A stretch of DNA of 39,352 bases from contig JANXQG010000689.1 of assembly GCA_025356915.1 (NCBI GenBank), forward strand, positions 1-39,352. Direction: 5' to 3'. The stretch's first letter is position 1. Every line of letters starts with the position of its first letter. Under the pieces are notes generated by a model. It made no database searches. It worked only from the letters and a program-made list of their open reading frames with translations, and was not told where the DNA came from. The stretch is from Planctomycetota bacterium. GTDB taxonomy: Bacteria; Planctomycetota; Planctomycetia; Pirellulales; Thermoguttaceae. Below, piece after piece: positions 7,661 to 15,860 of the stretch. The translations under genes were made by a program, and so were the position numbers.

Positions 7661-9208
7661 ATGGAGTCTCGCCAGTACGACCAAGTCGCTTGGCAGTCGG
7701 GCGAGGATGCCTCGTTAGGCCTCCTCGAACTCGTATGCCACCCGGCGGAGTCGGTAATTACGAGCTTGGTAGCTTCGGATCGTCCAGACGAGGCGGTGGC
7801 TACGGTGTTCGCGGGAGATCCGCTAGCCGAGCCACCTTCGTGGGAAGCGGCGATCCGCTATTACCGCGTCCGCACCGGCTGGCTGCCGGATTGCAAGGAC
7901 AGGCTCATCAACCTACTCAGCCGAGACGTGGCCGAGTTGGATCGATGTCTCAGCGAGCAGGTCGACGCGGTCCTGCACCACCCGCGCTTTCAGGGCTTGG
8001 AAGCCGCCTGGCGGGGACTAGAACTGTTGATCGAGGGAACCGGCGGACAGGAAAACCTCAAGGTCAAGATATTGCACCTACCCAAGGCTCAATTGGACGC
8101 CGATCTGCACGGAGCCATCGAATTCGACCAGAGTGCCTTCTTTCGTAAGGTCTATGAAGAAGAATACGGGATGGCCGGCGGAGAGCCCTATGGGGCACTC
8201 ATTGGAAACTATGAATTCCGCAACAGCCCCAGCGATATTGAATTGCTTTCCAAGATCAAAGAGGTAGCGGCCGCTGCCTTTGCCCCGTTCGTTGCGGGCG
8301 TCGATCCGATGCTGTTCGGGTTGCCGCATTTCGGGCTACTACCCCGGATCTCCAATCTGGGGGAGTTATTCAACAGCCTGAAATTTTTGAAATGGAATAC
8401 CTTGCGCGAGCAGGAGGATTCCCGCTATCTGGGTCTCGTCCTGCCGCGAATCGCGATGCGGCTTCCCTATACGCGGGATCCGCAGCGCGTGGATGGATTC
8501 GTGTATGAAGAAGATGTTTCAGCCGCTGACGGCATGTCCTATTTATGGGGCAACGCGGCGTTTGCGTTTGGCAATGTCGTGATTCGCGCCTTCGCCCTGA
8601 GCGGTTGGTTTGCCAATATTCGCGGAATTGCCGGCGGGGCGGACTCGGGGGGCGCGATCGATCTGCCGGCGCAATCCTTCGGCACGGATCGGCCCGGCGT
8701 CGCGGTCAAATGTTCCGTCGATTCGATCATCAGCGAAGCCCGCGACAAGGAACTCAGCGACTTGGGTTTCATTACCCTATGCGACTGCGAAGACACCGCG
8801 TACTCGGCGTTTTTTGCCAACCAATCGATCCAAAAGACGAAAGTTCACAATAGCGAGGACGCTACCACGAACGCGCGGATCTCGTCGATGTTGCAGTACG
8901 TTTTCTGTGCCTCGCGATTCGCCCACTATTTGAAAGTGATTGGTCGCGATAAAGTCGGCCAAGCTCCCGATCGGAGGCAACTCCAATCTTTGTTGCACGA
9001 CTGGATCCACCAATACGTGGCGGCCGACCCTGGCGCGTCGGCGGCCACGCGGGCCAAGTATCCCTTGCGAGAAGCCCTGATCGAAATCGACGAGCATCCG
9101 GCCGACCCGGGACATTTTCGCTTGAAGCTCTTTCTCGCGCCACACGTTCAGCTCGACCAATTGTCGGCCGGAATCCGGCTTGTGACCGCGTTACCCAAGC
9201 CCCAGTGA
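7661..9208 (+). CDS. tssC: Second, divergent TssC-family sheath protein (ImpD / TssC40-like paralogue)
   Basis: 515 aa, colinear with the upstream TssC: HHPRFQGLEAAWRGLE, AIEFDQSAFFRKVY, GGEPYGALIGNYEF, ..HFRLKLFLAPHVQLDQLSAGIRLV. The ~90-aa N-terminus is unrelated to that of the first copy. GGGAG lies 4 nt before the ATG. Confidence 0.85.
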   Translation: MESRQYDQVAWQSGEDASLGLLELVCHPAESVITSLVASDRPDEAVATVFAGDPLAEPPSWEAAIRYYRVRTGWLPDCKDRLINLLSRDVAELDRCLSEQVDAVLHHPRFQGLEAAWRGLELLIEGTGGQENLKVKILHLPKAQLDADLHGAIEFDQSAFFRKVYEEEYGMAGGEPYGALIGNYEFRNSPSDIELLSKIKEVAAAAFAPFVAGVDPMLFGLPHFGLLPRISNLGELFNSLKFLKWNTLREQEDSRYLGLVLPRIAMRLPYTRDPQRVDGFVYEEDVSAADGMSYLWGNAAFAFGNVVIRAFALSGWFANIRGIAGGADSGGAIDLPAQSFGTDRPGVAVKCSVDSIISEARDKELSDLGFITLCDCEDTAYSAFFANQSIQKTKVHNSEDATTNARISSMLQYVFCASRFAHYLKVIGRDKVGQAPDRRQLQSLLHDWIHQYVAADPGASAATRAKYPLREALIEIDEHPADPGHFRLKLFLAPHVQLDQLSAGIRLVTALPKPQ

Positions 9209-9258
9209 CCATAAAAATTTTTTTGTTTCGGCTTGTGCAGAAACCTAGGATCGAACTT

Positions 9259-9305
9259 GTAGGATGGACTTCCAAGTCCGTCCATGAACTCGAGAATCCA
9301 TCCCA
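9259..9305 (+). repeat. REP-like hairpin, family A, inside the T6SS operon
   Basis: GTAGGATGGACttccaaGTCCGTCCAT (9259-9286), plus a downstream TCCATCC (9297-9303) that can pair alternatively with GGATGGA. The head matches those at 1729 and 17740. Confidence 0.7.
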
Positions 9306-9325
9306 CAGAAAGGGAGCCACTCATC

Positions 9326-10153
9326 GTGGACGCTTTACAACTGTTCCGTGACGGCAGCCTGCAGGAGGCGATTGCCGCGTGTACCCGCGAGGTGCAGAGT
9401 CACCCCGGCCAGCCCGATCACCGCGACCTGCTGAGCCAATTGCTCTGTTTTACCGCCGAATACGAACGTGCCGACAAGCACCTTGAGACTCTAGGTGCTC
9501 AGTTTCCCGACCGTGCTCCCGTGGTAAGCCTGATCCGGCAACTGATCAGGGCAGCCAAAGCCCGGCAACAATTCTACGACGAAGGCCGAGTGCCGGAGTT
9601 CACCGAGACGCCGCCCGAATATCTTCAGCTCTACTTGCAGGCATCGATTTGCTTCCGTCAGGGCGAAGCGGACGAAGCGGCCCGACTTCTCACGAGCGCG
9701 GAAGCATTGCGCCCCCAACTGACGGGACGTTGCAACGGCCAGCATTTTCACGATCTGCGCGACGCCGACGATCTCACCGCAGCATCCCTGGAAATCTTTA
9801 CGACAACGGGGAAGTACTATTGGATCCCCCTGGAAAATATTCGACGGATCATGCTCCACCCGATCGAAAGCCCCCTGGACGTGCTTTGGCGTAGATGCCA
9901 GATCCAAGCCACCGCCTGTTCCGAGGGAATTGTTTACGTGCCCCAACTCTACGCGGGCACCTTCCGCGCTGAGGATGAGTCGCTGCGACTTGGCCGCAGC
10001 ACGGAATGGTTTGGGCCTGACGAAGGACCCGTCCGGGGCATTGGTCATCGGATCTTCTGGATCGACGATGCGACACGCCCCTTTGTGGAGATACAGAACC
10101 TGGAGATTGAAGAAGTCGTCAAGCCCGCGGAGGAATCGTCATCCCAAGCTTGA
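9326..10153 (+). CDS. tagJ: T6SS accessory protein TagJ (ImpE family)
   Basis: TPR-like N-terminus LQLFRDGSLQEAIAACTREVQSHPGQPDHRDLLSQLL. ImpE C-terminal domain ..GKYYWIPLENIRRIMLHPIESPLDVLWRRCQI..LRLGRSTEW.. The likely start is GTG 9326, 9 nt after AAGGGAG. The track start at 9284 lies inside the REP hairpin. Confidence 0.8.
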   Translation: MDALQLFRDGSLQEAIAACTREVQSHPGQPDHRDLLSQLLCFTAEYERADKHLETLGAQFPDRAPVVSLIRQLIRAAKARQQFYDEGRVPEFTETPPEYLQLYLQASICFRQGEADEAARLLTSAEALRPQLTGRCNGQHFHDLRDADDLTAASLEIFTTTGKYYWIPLENIRRIMLHPIESPLDVLWRRCQIQATACSEGIVYVPQLYAGTFRAEDESLRLGRSTEWFGPDEGPVRGIGHRIFWIDDATRPFVEIQNLEIEEVVKPAEESSSQA

Positions 10154-10165
10154 TGAACTATCGCC

Positions 10166-10654
10166 ATGCCAGACCTTAATCGCGTTTCACCTCTGATGCC
10201 CTCGATTCTCGATCGCCTGCTCGGCCAGGAGGCTCCGAAAAACGAGGAAATCGAGCGCAACCACACGCAGCTTTTGCGCAATCTAAAAGCCTCCTTGCTT
10301 CGGGATTTGGAGAATCTGTTGAACACGCGCTGCCGTTGCGGATCGTTCCCCCCGGAATTCTCCGAGCTGCAAACATCGCTTGCTAATTATGGAATCCCCG
10401 ACTTTACCGGCGCAACGGCCGGCTCGATTGTTGGCCGGCAGGATTTTTTAGCCATGGTTCGGTCTGCCGTGGAAAGATTTGAGCCGCGATTGCAGCGCGT
10501 GAGCGTCAGCTTGCTGAATGACAAAGATCCCCTGGACCGCGTGCTTCGATTCCGCATTGAAGCGGTCCTGGTGACCGACTACGACGATGAACCCGTCATG
10601 TTTGTGTCGACGATGGAGCCTTCGTCGGGTAAACATAAGGTGTCGAGCGGCTGA
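10166..10654 (+). CDS. tssE: T6SS baseplate protein TssE (gp25-like, ImpF)
   Basis: 162 aa with SILDRLL.., LRDLENLLNTR, SLANYGIPDFTG, ..VERFEPRLQRVSV..LRFRIEA.., the typical TssE/GPW_gp25 pattern. Confidence 0.85.
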   Translation: MPDLNRVSPLMPSILDRLLGQEAPKNEEIERNHTQLLRNLKASLLRDLENLLNTRCRCGSFPPEFSELQTSLANYGIPDFTGATAGSIVGRQDFLAMVRSAVERFEPRLQRVSVSLLNDKDPLDRVLRFRIEAVLVTDYDDEPVMFVSTMEPSSGKHKVSSG

Positions 10655-10709
10655 GAGTTCGCGTGCGACTTTACAGACAAACAACTGAGAAAACAAGAAG
10701 GTTTTGAAG

Positions 10710-12569
10710 ATGTCGGATCGGCTTCTCCCCTATTACCAGGGCGAACTCAGTTATCTGCGCCGCTTTCTGGACGACTTCATGGCCGTTCAGCCGGATGCCG
10801 CGGCTCGGCTGGGAATCCGTCGCGGCAGCATTGAAGATCCACATGCCGCCCGGCTGGTTGAAGCGTTCGCCTATCTCACGGCACGCATCCGTGCGAAACT
10901 CGACGATGAGTTTCCCGAGCTGACCGACTCCTTTCTGAATGCCCTTTATCCCCACTACCTCACTCCGATACCCGCTGCGGCAGTCATTCAGTTGGTCCTC
11001 GACCACAGCCAGGGCGAATTGACGACGGGCTATCGGGTCGGCAAGGGCACGGGAGTGGAGATTTCCGATCCTGGGGGGATCGCGTGCCGTTTCCGCACAT
11101 GTTACGACACGGTGGTCTGGCCTATTGAAATCGTAAGTTGCCAGTTACAGCGCAGGCCGTTTGCTGCGCCGAACGTGGAGCGCGCTCGCGACGCACTGGC
11201 CGTGCTGGACGTCTGCATTCGCTGCGTTTCCGCCGACGTAACCTTCGGGAATTTTGTCGCAATGGAATCGTTGCGGTTCTTTCTCTCCGGTGAAAATCAC
11301 CATGCAATGCCTCTTTATGAGATCTTGTTGAACCGCTGTACGCAGATCGCCATCGCCACATCGCCAGGCGATGGTGCGGCATGCACCTTGTCGCCCGAAC
11401 AACTTCGACCGGTTGGCTTTCATCCCTCCGAGAGCCTGCTGCCGTACGATGCGCGGTCTTTTCCCGGTTATGGGCTGCTGACGGACTACTTCGTCTTTCC
11501 CAGCAAGTTCCTCTTTCTCGATCTTCATGGGATCGCCCAGTACCCGGCTGCGGCCACCGCGCGAGAATTGCACATTTACTTCTTTCTCGACCGCGCTGCC
11601 CCTGAATTGGAGCCGCACGTCACGGTCGATACACTGCGTCTGGGCTGCACTCCGGTCGTGAACCTTTTTTCCAAGCGGGCGGAGCCTATTAAGGTGACCC
11701 AGCGGGTGACGGAGTATCCCGTCATTCCCGATGCCCGGATGCCCGACGAGATCGAGGTCTTCTCGGTCGATCGGGTCATGACGACCGGTTCCAGCGGCGA
11801 CGACAAAGAATTCGTGCCGCTTTACGCCTGCCCGCAGGAGACGAATTCCAGCCAGCGGCCCGCTTACTGGGAGAGCCATCGCCGGGCGCGGCTGGACCGT
11901 CTGGGGCGGCCGTCGTCGGAGACCGAGGTCTTTTTGTCGCTGATCGACCTGGAGTTTCGGCCTACGGACAGGGCGGATAGCACACTGGTGGTGGAAACGA
12001 CTTGTTTCAATCGCGATTATCCCAGCGAAATTAGCCGGCCGCGGACGCGATTGCTGGAAGGGGCTCCGATTCGCGAGGATATCGCTTGCTTGGTGGGGCC
12101 GACGGTCACTTGCCGGCCAAGTCCACGACAGCGCGGCGCGTGGGCTTTGATTTCGCATCTCTTGGTGGGACACTTGTCGATCGGGGACTCGCTCAACGCG
12201 GCCTTCCAGGCAGACGGCCGCGGCGCCGAGGCACTCTGCCGCATCCTCGAATTGTATGATTTCCGCGGCGATCCGGCGGCCCAGAAACGGATTGCGGGCG
12301 TGGCCGCGGTCAAGAGCCAACCCGTTGTCCGACGCCTGCCGATTGCCCCCTCCGGTTTCGCCCGTGGAATCGGCATCACGGTCGATTTCGACGAAGAGCA
12401 ATTCCGCGATCCCGGCCAAGGGCTTTACCTCTTCGCGAGCGTCTTGGAATCGTTCTTCAGCATGTACTGTTCCATGAACTCGTTCAGCATGATGACTGCC
12501 CGGATCAAGCAAGGAGAAAGGATCCTGAAGCAATGGCCTCCGAACGCCGGCCAAAGGTATCTGCTGTAA
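10710..12569 (+). CDS. tssF: T6SS baseplate protein TssF (ImpG)
   Basis: The N-terminus MSDRLLPYYQGELSYLRRFLDDFMAVQPDAAARLG is the canonical TssF start. ~620 aa. ATG 10710 is preferred over TTG 10704. Confidence 0.88.
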   Translation: MSDRLLPYYQGELSYLRRFLDDFMAVQPDAAARLGIRRGSIEDPHAARLVEAFAYLTARIRAKLDDEFPELTDSFLNALYPHYLTPIPAAAVIQLVLDHSQGELTTGYRVGKGTGVEISDPGGIACRFRTCYDTVVWPIEIVSCQLQRRPFAAPNVERARDALAVLDVCIRCVSADVTFGNFVAMESLRFFLSGENHHAMPLYEILLNRCTQIAIATSPGDGAACTLSPEQLRPVGFHPSESLLPYDARSFPGYGLLTDYFVFPSKFLFLDLHGIAQYPAAATARELHIYFFLDRAAPELEPHVTVDTLRLGCTPVVNLFSKRAEPIKVTQRVTEYPVIPDARMPDEIEVFSVDRVMTTGSSGDDKEFVPLYACPQETNSSQRPAYWESHRRARLDRLGRPSSETEVFLSLIDLEFRPTDRADSTLVVETTCFNRDYPSEISRPRTRLLEGAPIREDIACLVGPTVTCRPSPRQRGAWALISHLLVGHLSIGDSLNAAFQADGRGAEALCRILELYDFRGDPAAQKRIAGVAAVKSQPVVRRLPIAPSGFARGIGITVDFDEEQFRDPGQGLYLFASVLESFFSMYCSMNSFSMMTARIKQGERILKQWPPNAGQRYLL

Positions 12570-13660
12570 TCGAGCAGCTTTTTGCCGACCCGAAACGATT
12601 CGATTTCTTTCAAGCTATCCGCTTGCTGGAGCGGCACGCCCAGCAGCCGGACTCGACCATGGGCGAGTGTTGCCAGCCCGTGGGCCGCAGTGCCGCGCCC
12701 AAGCAGGAACTGGTCCGCTTCCGCGTTCGGCAATCGCTGGAGTTCCCCGTCTCGGAGATCCAGTCGATTGCCCGTGGGGCTTCCGCAGCTTCGCAGCAAA
12801 ACCAGGCCGACTCGCAGTCGCCCGCCGTGCAGCCGCCCGCCTCACAGCCAGAGATGCTGGTCAACTTCATGGGTCTGACCGGACCGGCCGGGGTTCTTCC
12901 ACGGCACTATTCGCAGCTCATCCTTGATCGCCAGCGCGACGGCGCCGAGGCACTGGTCGATTTTCTCGACCGATTCAATCACCGGTTGATTTCCCTCTTC
13001 TATCGCGCCTGGGAAAAATACCGAGCGGGCATCCTCGTCGAGCAGAACCGTTATGCCGAGTCGCCGGCCGACCTCGATTTGTTCAGCTTTGCCATGTTCA
13101 GCCTGGTCGGCCAGGGAACAGACGGGCAACGTGGCCGCATGGCAATAAGCGACGACCACTTCGTCTATTACTCGGGTTGTTTTTCACAGCGGCCCCCCAA
13201 TCCGCTCTCCTTGCAAAGGATGCTGCAAGAGTTACTGAAGACGAAAGTTTTCGTCCAGCAGTTGTTTGGCCAGTGGTTGCAGCTTTCGCCCGACGAGCAG
13301 ACCCGGATGCCCGCGGGCAATGAAGTTCCCACGTTGCGAGTTCAGTTGGGCCGTGGTGCCGTGGCCGGGGAGCGTGTTTGGGATCTGCAAAGCAAGTTTC
13401 GCATCCGCATTGGGCCGATCGATTATGCATTGTTCTGCCGCATGATGCCATCGAACGACCACTTGCTTTCGCTTTGCCAATTCGTCCGCACCTATGTCGG
13501 GCCGGAATTCGATTTTGACATCCAATTGGTACTCCGTGGCCCCGATGCCCCCTGGTGTGCCTTGGACGGCAACGCGCGGCTGGGCTGGAATACGTGGGTT
13601 CGCACCAACGCCTTTCAACGCGATGTTGACGATGTCGTACTCTGCTTGCACCAGGTTTAG
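12533..13660 (+). CDS. tssG: T6SS baseplate protein TssG (ImpH)
   Basis: ..LFADPKRFDFFQAIRLLER.., ..VNFMGLTGPAGVLPRHYSQLILDR.., ..RFNHRLISLFYRAWEKYR.. It overlaps tssF by 37 nt. Contains a Q/S/P-rich insertion (..ASAASQQNQADSQSPAVQPPASQPE..). Confidence 0.85.
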   Translation: MASERRPKVSAVIEQLFADPKRFDFFQAIRLLERHAQQPDSTMGECCQPVGRSAAPKQELVRFRVRQSLEFPVSEIQSIARGASAASQQNQADSQSPAVQPPASQPEMLVNFMGLTGPAGVLPRHYSQLILDRQRDGAEALVDFLDRFNHRLISLFYRAWEKYRAGILVEQNRYAESPADLDLFSFAMFSLVGQGTDGQRGRMAISDDHFVYYSGCFSQRPPNPLSLQRMLQELLKTKVFVQQLFGQWLQLSPDEQTRMPAGNEVPTLRVQLGRGAVAGERVWDLQSKFRIRIGPIDYALFCRMMPSNDHLLSLCQFVRTYVGPEFDFDIQLVLRGPDAPWCALDGNARLGWNTWVRTNAFQRDVDDVVLCLHQV

Positions 13661-13712
13661 AAAGTTTATGGCTTTTCCGGTTATGGGTGCGGAACGTGAG
13701 TAATTGATAATT

Positions 13713-13768
13713 GTAGGCTGGGCTTTAGCCCGCCATTGCAGGCTTTTTGGGAGGGGCGGGCTAAAACG
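13713..13768. repeat. REP-like element, family C (GTAGGCTGGGCTTTAGCCCGCC plus an inverted partner)
   Basis: GTAGGCTGGGCTTTAGCCCGCC begins at 13713. TTTAGCCCGCC (13725-13735) is mirrored by GGCGGGCTAAA (13755-13765). Confidence 0.65.
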
Positions 13769-13830
13769 TGCTGCCATCCGGAAAAGGTGAGAAGGGTGAG
13801 TTGGGAGAAAAAGAGACGAAAAAGTAAAAA

Positions 13831-14015
13831 TGCCAACGGCTTGCCCGGGGGATTGTTACGCTCCTTGCTACAAAAGGGCCGCCACAAAACCCTTCTTTTC
13901 CCCTCTTCCGCAGCGACGGCAACGCCGTCGCTGCGGAAGAGGGGAAAAGAAATCGGTCAAGGGTAGATCAAAATGTAGCTTCGAGCGCAAGTATCCCCCG
14001 GGCAAGCCGTGGGCA
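13831..14015. mobile_element. 185-bp MITE-like element: 42-bp imperfect terminal inverted repeats around a perfect 28-bp hairpin
   Basis: The reverse complement of the left arm (13831-13872) is TGTAGCAAGGAGCGTAACAATCCCCCGGGCAAGCCGTTGGCA. The right arm (13974-14015) is TGTAGCTTCGAGCGCAAGTATCCCCCGGGCAAGCCGTGGGCA. Identity is 35/42, and the outer 21 of 22 nt are identical. Confidence 0.65.
13893..13951. terminator. Perfect 28-bp stem, 3-nt loop hairpin between convergent tssG and the floA-operon end
   Basis: 13893-13920 pairs without mismatch to 13924-13951 (..ttcttttcccctcttccgcagcgacggc aac gccgtcgctgcggaagaggggaaaagaa..). On the minus strand GGGTTTTG follows it. A terminator role is inferred only from its position between converging genes. 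Confidence 0.35.
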
Positions 14016-14056
14016 TTAAGAATCCTTTTTGGCGGGGTGGCTCATCAAAAGAGGAT

Positions 14057-14671
14057 CTAAACCTCCGGCCGGCGGAGGATCTCGGCCATGATCACGGCCT
14101 GAACGATGTTCTCGGGCGAGCCTAGTAGCTCGGCCAGCCCGGATCCGGAGATGGGCAAGGCATCCAAGGTAGGTCGCGATAGATATTCTGGCATGGAGGC
14201 TTCAGCCTCGACGACTTCCACCGGTTGGGCTGCTTCGCCAGGGCGCGAGGCCAACCGGCCGACTTGGCCGCGGAATGCCTGCCCAACTTGCTGGGTGAAC
14301 TGCTGGTCGGATTGCGCGACTTCACCGCCAAGTGCCTCGCTGCGGCGACGGAAGTCACTCGTATCCATGTACTTCTGGACCTGCTGACCAACTCGGCCGC
14401 CAACCGGAGCATCTTCCTCCGCAAGGACTTCAACCGGCTGCGGCTTCTCGGCCACCGGCTGCCCACCCCGACGCGCAGCGCGGCGGAGGAATTCGTCGAC
14501 CTGCTCCTGGACTCGTCCAACGCCGTTTTGAGCGGGTGGGAGGGGGTTCGCTGGCACCACCATCTCGCGCATCTTTGAAACCACCACCCGGATCAGCGGG
14601 ACGATGATAAAGATGATCACGATGGCGATCGAAACCAAGTCGATCTTTGCCAACAGAACGACGCCGTTCAT
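14057..14671 (-). CDS. Hypothetical membrane-anchored protein, third gene of the nfeD-floA operon
   Basis: 204 aa with an N-terminal TM ([16 protein letters not shown]), then a Q/V/E/A/R-rich region. Its ATG overlaps the floA stop (ATGA at 14668-14671). No family recognised. Confidence 0.55.
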   Translation of the reverse strand: MNGVVLLAKIDLVSIAIVIIFIIVPLIRVVVSKMREMVVPANPLPPAQNGVGRVQEQVDEFLRRAARRGGQPVAEKPQPVEVLAEEDAPVGGRVGQQVQKYMDTSDFRRRSEALGGEVAQSDQQFTQQVGQAFRGQVGRLASRPGEAAQPVEVVEAEASMPEYLSRPTLDALPISGSGLAELLGSPENIVQAVIMAEILRRPEV

Positions 14672-15750
14672 GCCGTCGCGCCCTTCTTATTGTTTGCAGA
14701 AGCCGGGGCACTGATTCGAGCGATGGCCGCCCGCATGTCCGTGTCGGCCTGCACGTTGCGCAACTTGTAATAATCCATGATGCCCAGCACGCCTTCCTGG
14801 AAGGCCTGGGCAATCGCCTTGGGAATCTCGGCCTCGGCCTCCACGACCTTGGCGCGGCTCTCCTCGATCTGTGCAATGAATTCCTGCTCGGCCGCCACGG
14901 CCATCGTGCGCAGACCTTCGGCATTGGCACGGGCGACACGCATATCGGCCTCGGCGCGGTCGGCCTGCAACCGGGCACCAATGTTCTCGCCCACGGTCAC
15001 TTCGCCGATATCGATGGAAACGATTTCAAAGGCGGTTTGCGAGTCCAACCGTCTGGAAAGCACCATCTTGGAAATACGATCGGGATTCTCCAGCACCACA
15101 TGATGCGATTCAGCCGAGCCGATTGCGCTGACAATGCCCTCGCCAACGCGGGCAATAATTGTCTCCTCGGTTGCGCCACCGATCAATTGCTTCAAGTTGG
15201 CTCGCACGGTTACTCGGGCTTTGACCTTCAACTGGACACCATTCTGCGCCACGCCGTCGAGCGTTTCCCGTCCCAGATCGCGCGAGGGACAGTCGATCAC
15301 CTTGGGATTGACGCTCGTTTGCACGGCCTCCAGGATGTTGCGTCCGGCGAGGTCAATGGCGGCGGCCAACTTAAAGTCGAGTTCGAGTTTTGCTTTTCGC
15401 GCGGCGATCAGCGAACGGACTACCAGCGGCACATTGCCGCCCGCCAGATAGTGCGCTTCAAGGCCCTTGGAAGTCACCCCATCGCGATCGCTGATGCCCG
15501 CCTGCACCGCCATGATCTTGCAGCGAACGATCACGCTCGGACTGACTTTACGAAAGGTCATGCCCACCAGATCCCAAATACCAATCTCCGCCCTCGTGAA
15601 CTTCGACTGGATCCAGTAACGGAAATAATGGGCAAAGACTGCCAGAACAATTAAGGCAAAAAGAAGGAACAGGATCGTAACGACAATGAATGCCGTGGGA
15701 AGTGCCCCGGCAAAATTTGGCCCTTGGGGCTGTTGTGCAAAGAGATTCAT
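14668..15750 (-). CDS. floA: Flotillin-like protein FloA (YqfA / UPF0365, SPFH superfamily)
   Basis: From MNLFAQQ.. (ATG 15750, AGGAG 7 nt upstream): a TM, then ..[28 protein letters not shown].., ..[10 protein letters not shown].., ..[34 protein letters not shown].., ..[16 protein letters not shown]. The track start at 15798 is a less likely extension. Confidence 0.85.
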   Translation of the reverse strand: MNLFAQQPQGPNFAGALPTAFIVVTILFLLFALIVLAVFAHYFRYWIQSKFTRAEIGIWDLVGMTFRKVSPSVIVRCKIMAVQAGISDRDGVTSKGLEAHYLAGGNVPLVVRSLIAARKAKLELDFKLAAAIDLAGRNILEAVQTSVNPKVIDCPSRDLGRETLDGVAQNGVQLKVKARVTVRANLKQLIGGATEETIIARVGEGIVSAIGSAESHHVVLENPDRISKMVLSRRLDSQTAFEIVSIDIGEVTVGENIGARLQADRAEADMRVARANAEGLRTMAVAAEQEFIAQIEESRAKVVEAEAEIPKAIAQAFQEGVLGIMDYYKLRNVQADTDMRAAIARISAPASANNKKGATA

Positions 15751-15860
15751 GACACGCTCCTGGGTAAAGATCGATGGCGCAAAAGACCGAACGGCCATTC
15801 TCCCCCCGCGAGATACCCTTTGTCAAGAGCCGGGGGCGCGGCGGGGGCGTGACCCTCGTT

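Noticed and set aside
11145-12554. 469-aa minus-strand ORF opposite tssF
   Set aside because: This is an antisense shadow of tssF. Its low-complexity Arg/Pro/Ala composition looks non-coding, and tssF has a canonical N-terminus and correct operon context.
12760-12845. The Q/S/P/A-rich insertion in TssG as a novel domain
   Set aside because: It is a short low-complexity linker of ~25 aa at a loop that is variable among TssG proteins. It is most simply explained as lineage-specific loop expansion.
13681-14060. Small ORFs (68-76 aa) in the tssG-downstream spacer as candidate Hcp/PAAR-sized T6SS genes
   Set aside because: They are read straight through palindromic repeats on both strands and give mirror-image low-complexity peptides. 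They have no RBS and no resemblance to Hcp or PAAR.
14647-15654. 335-aa plus-strand ORF opposite floA
   Set aside because: Antisense shadow of floA. It has no motifs, and floA is a clear SPFH/YqfA match with an RBS.
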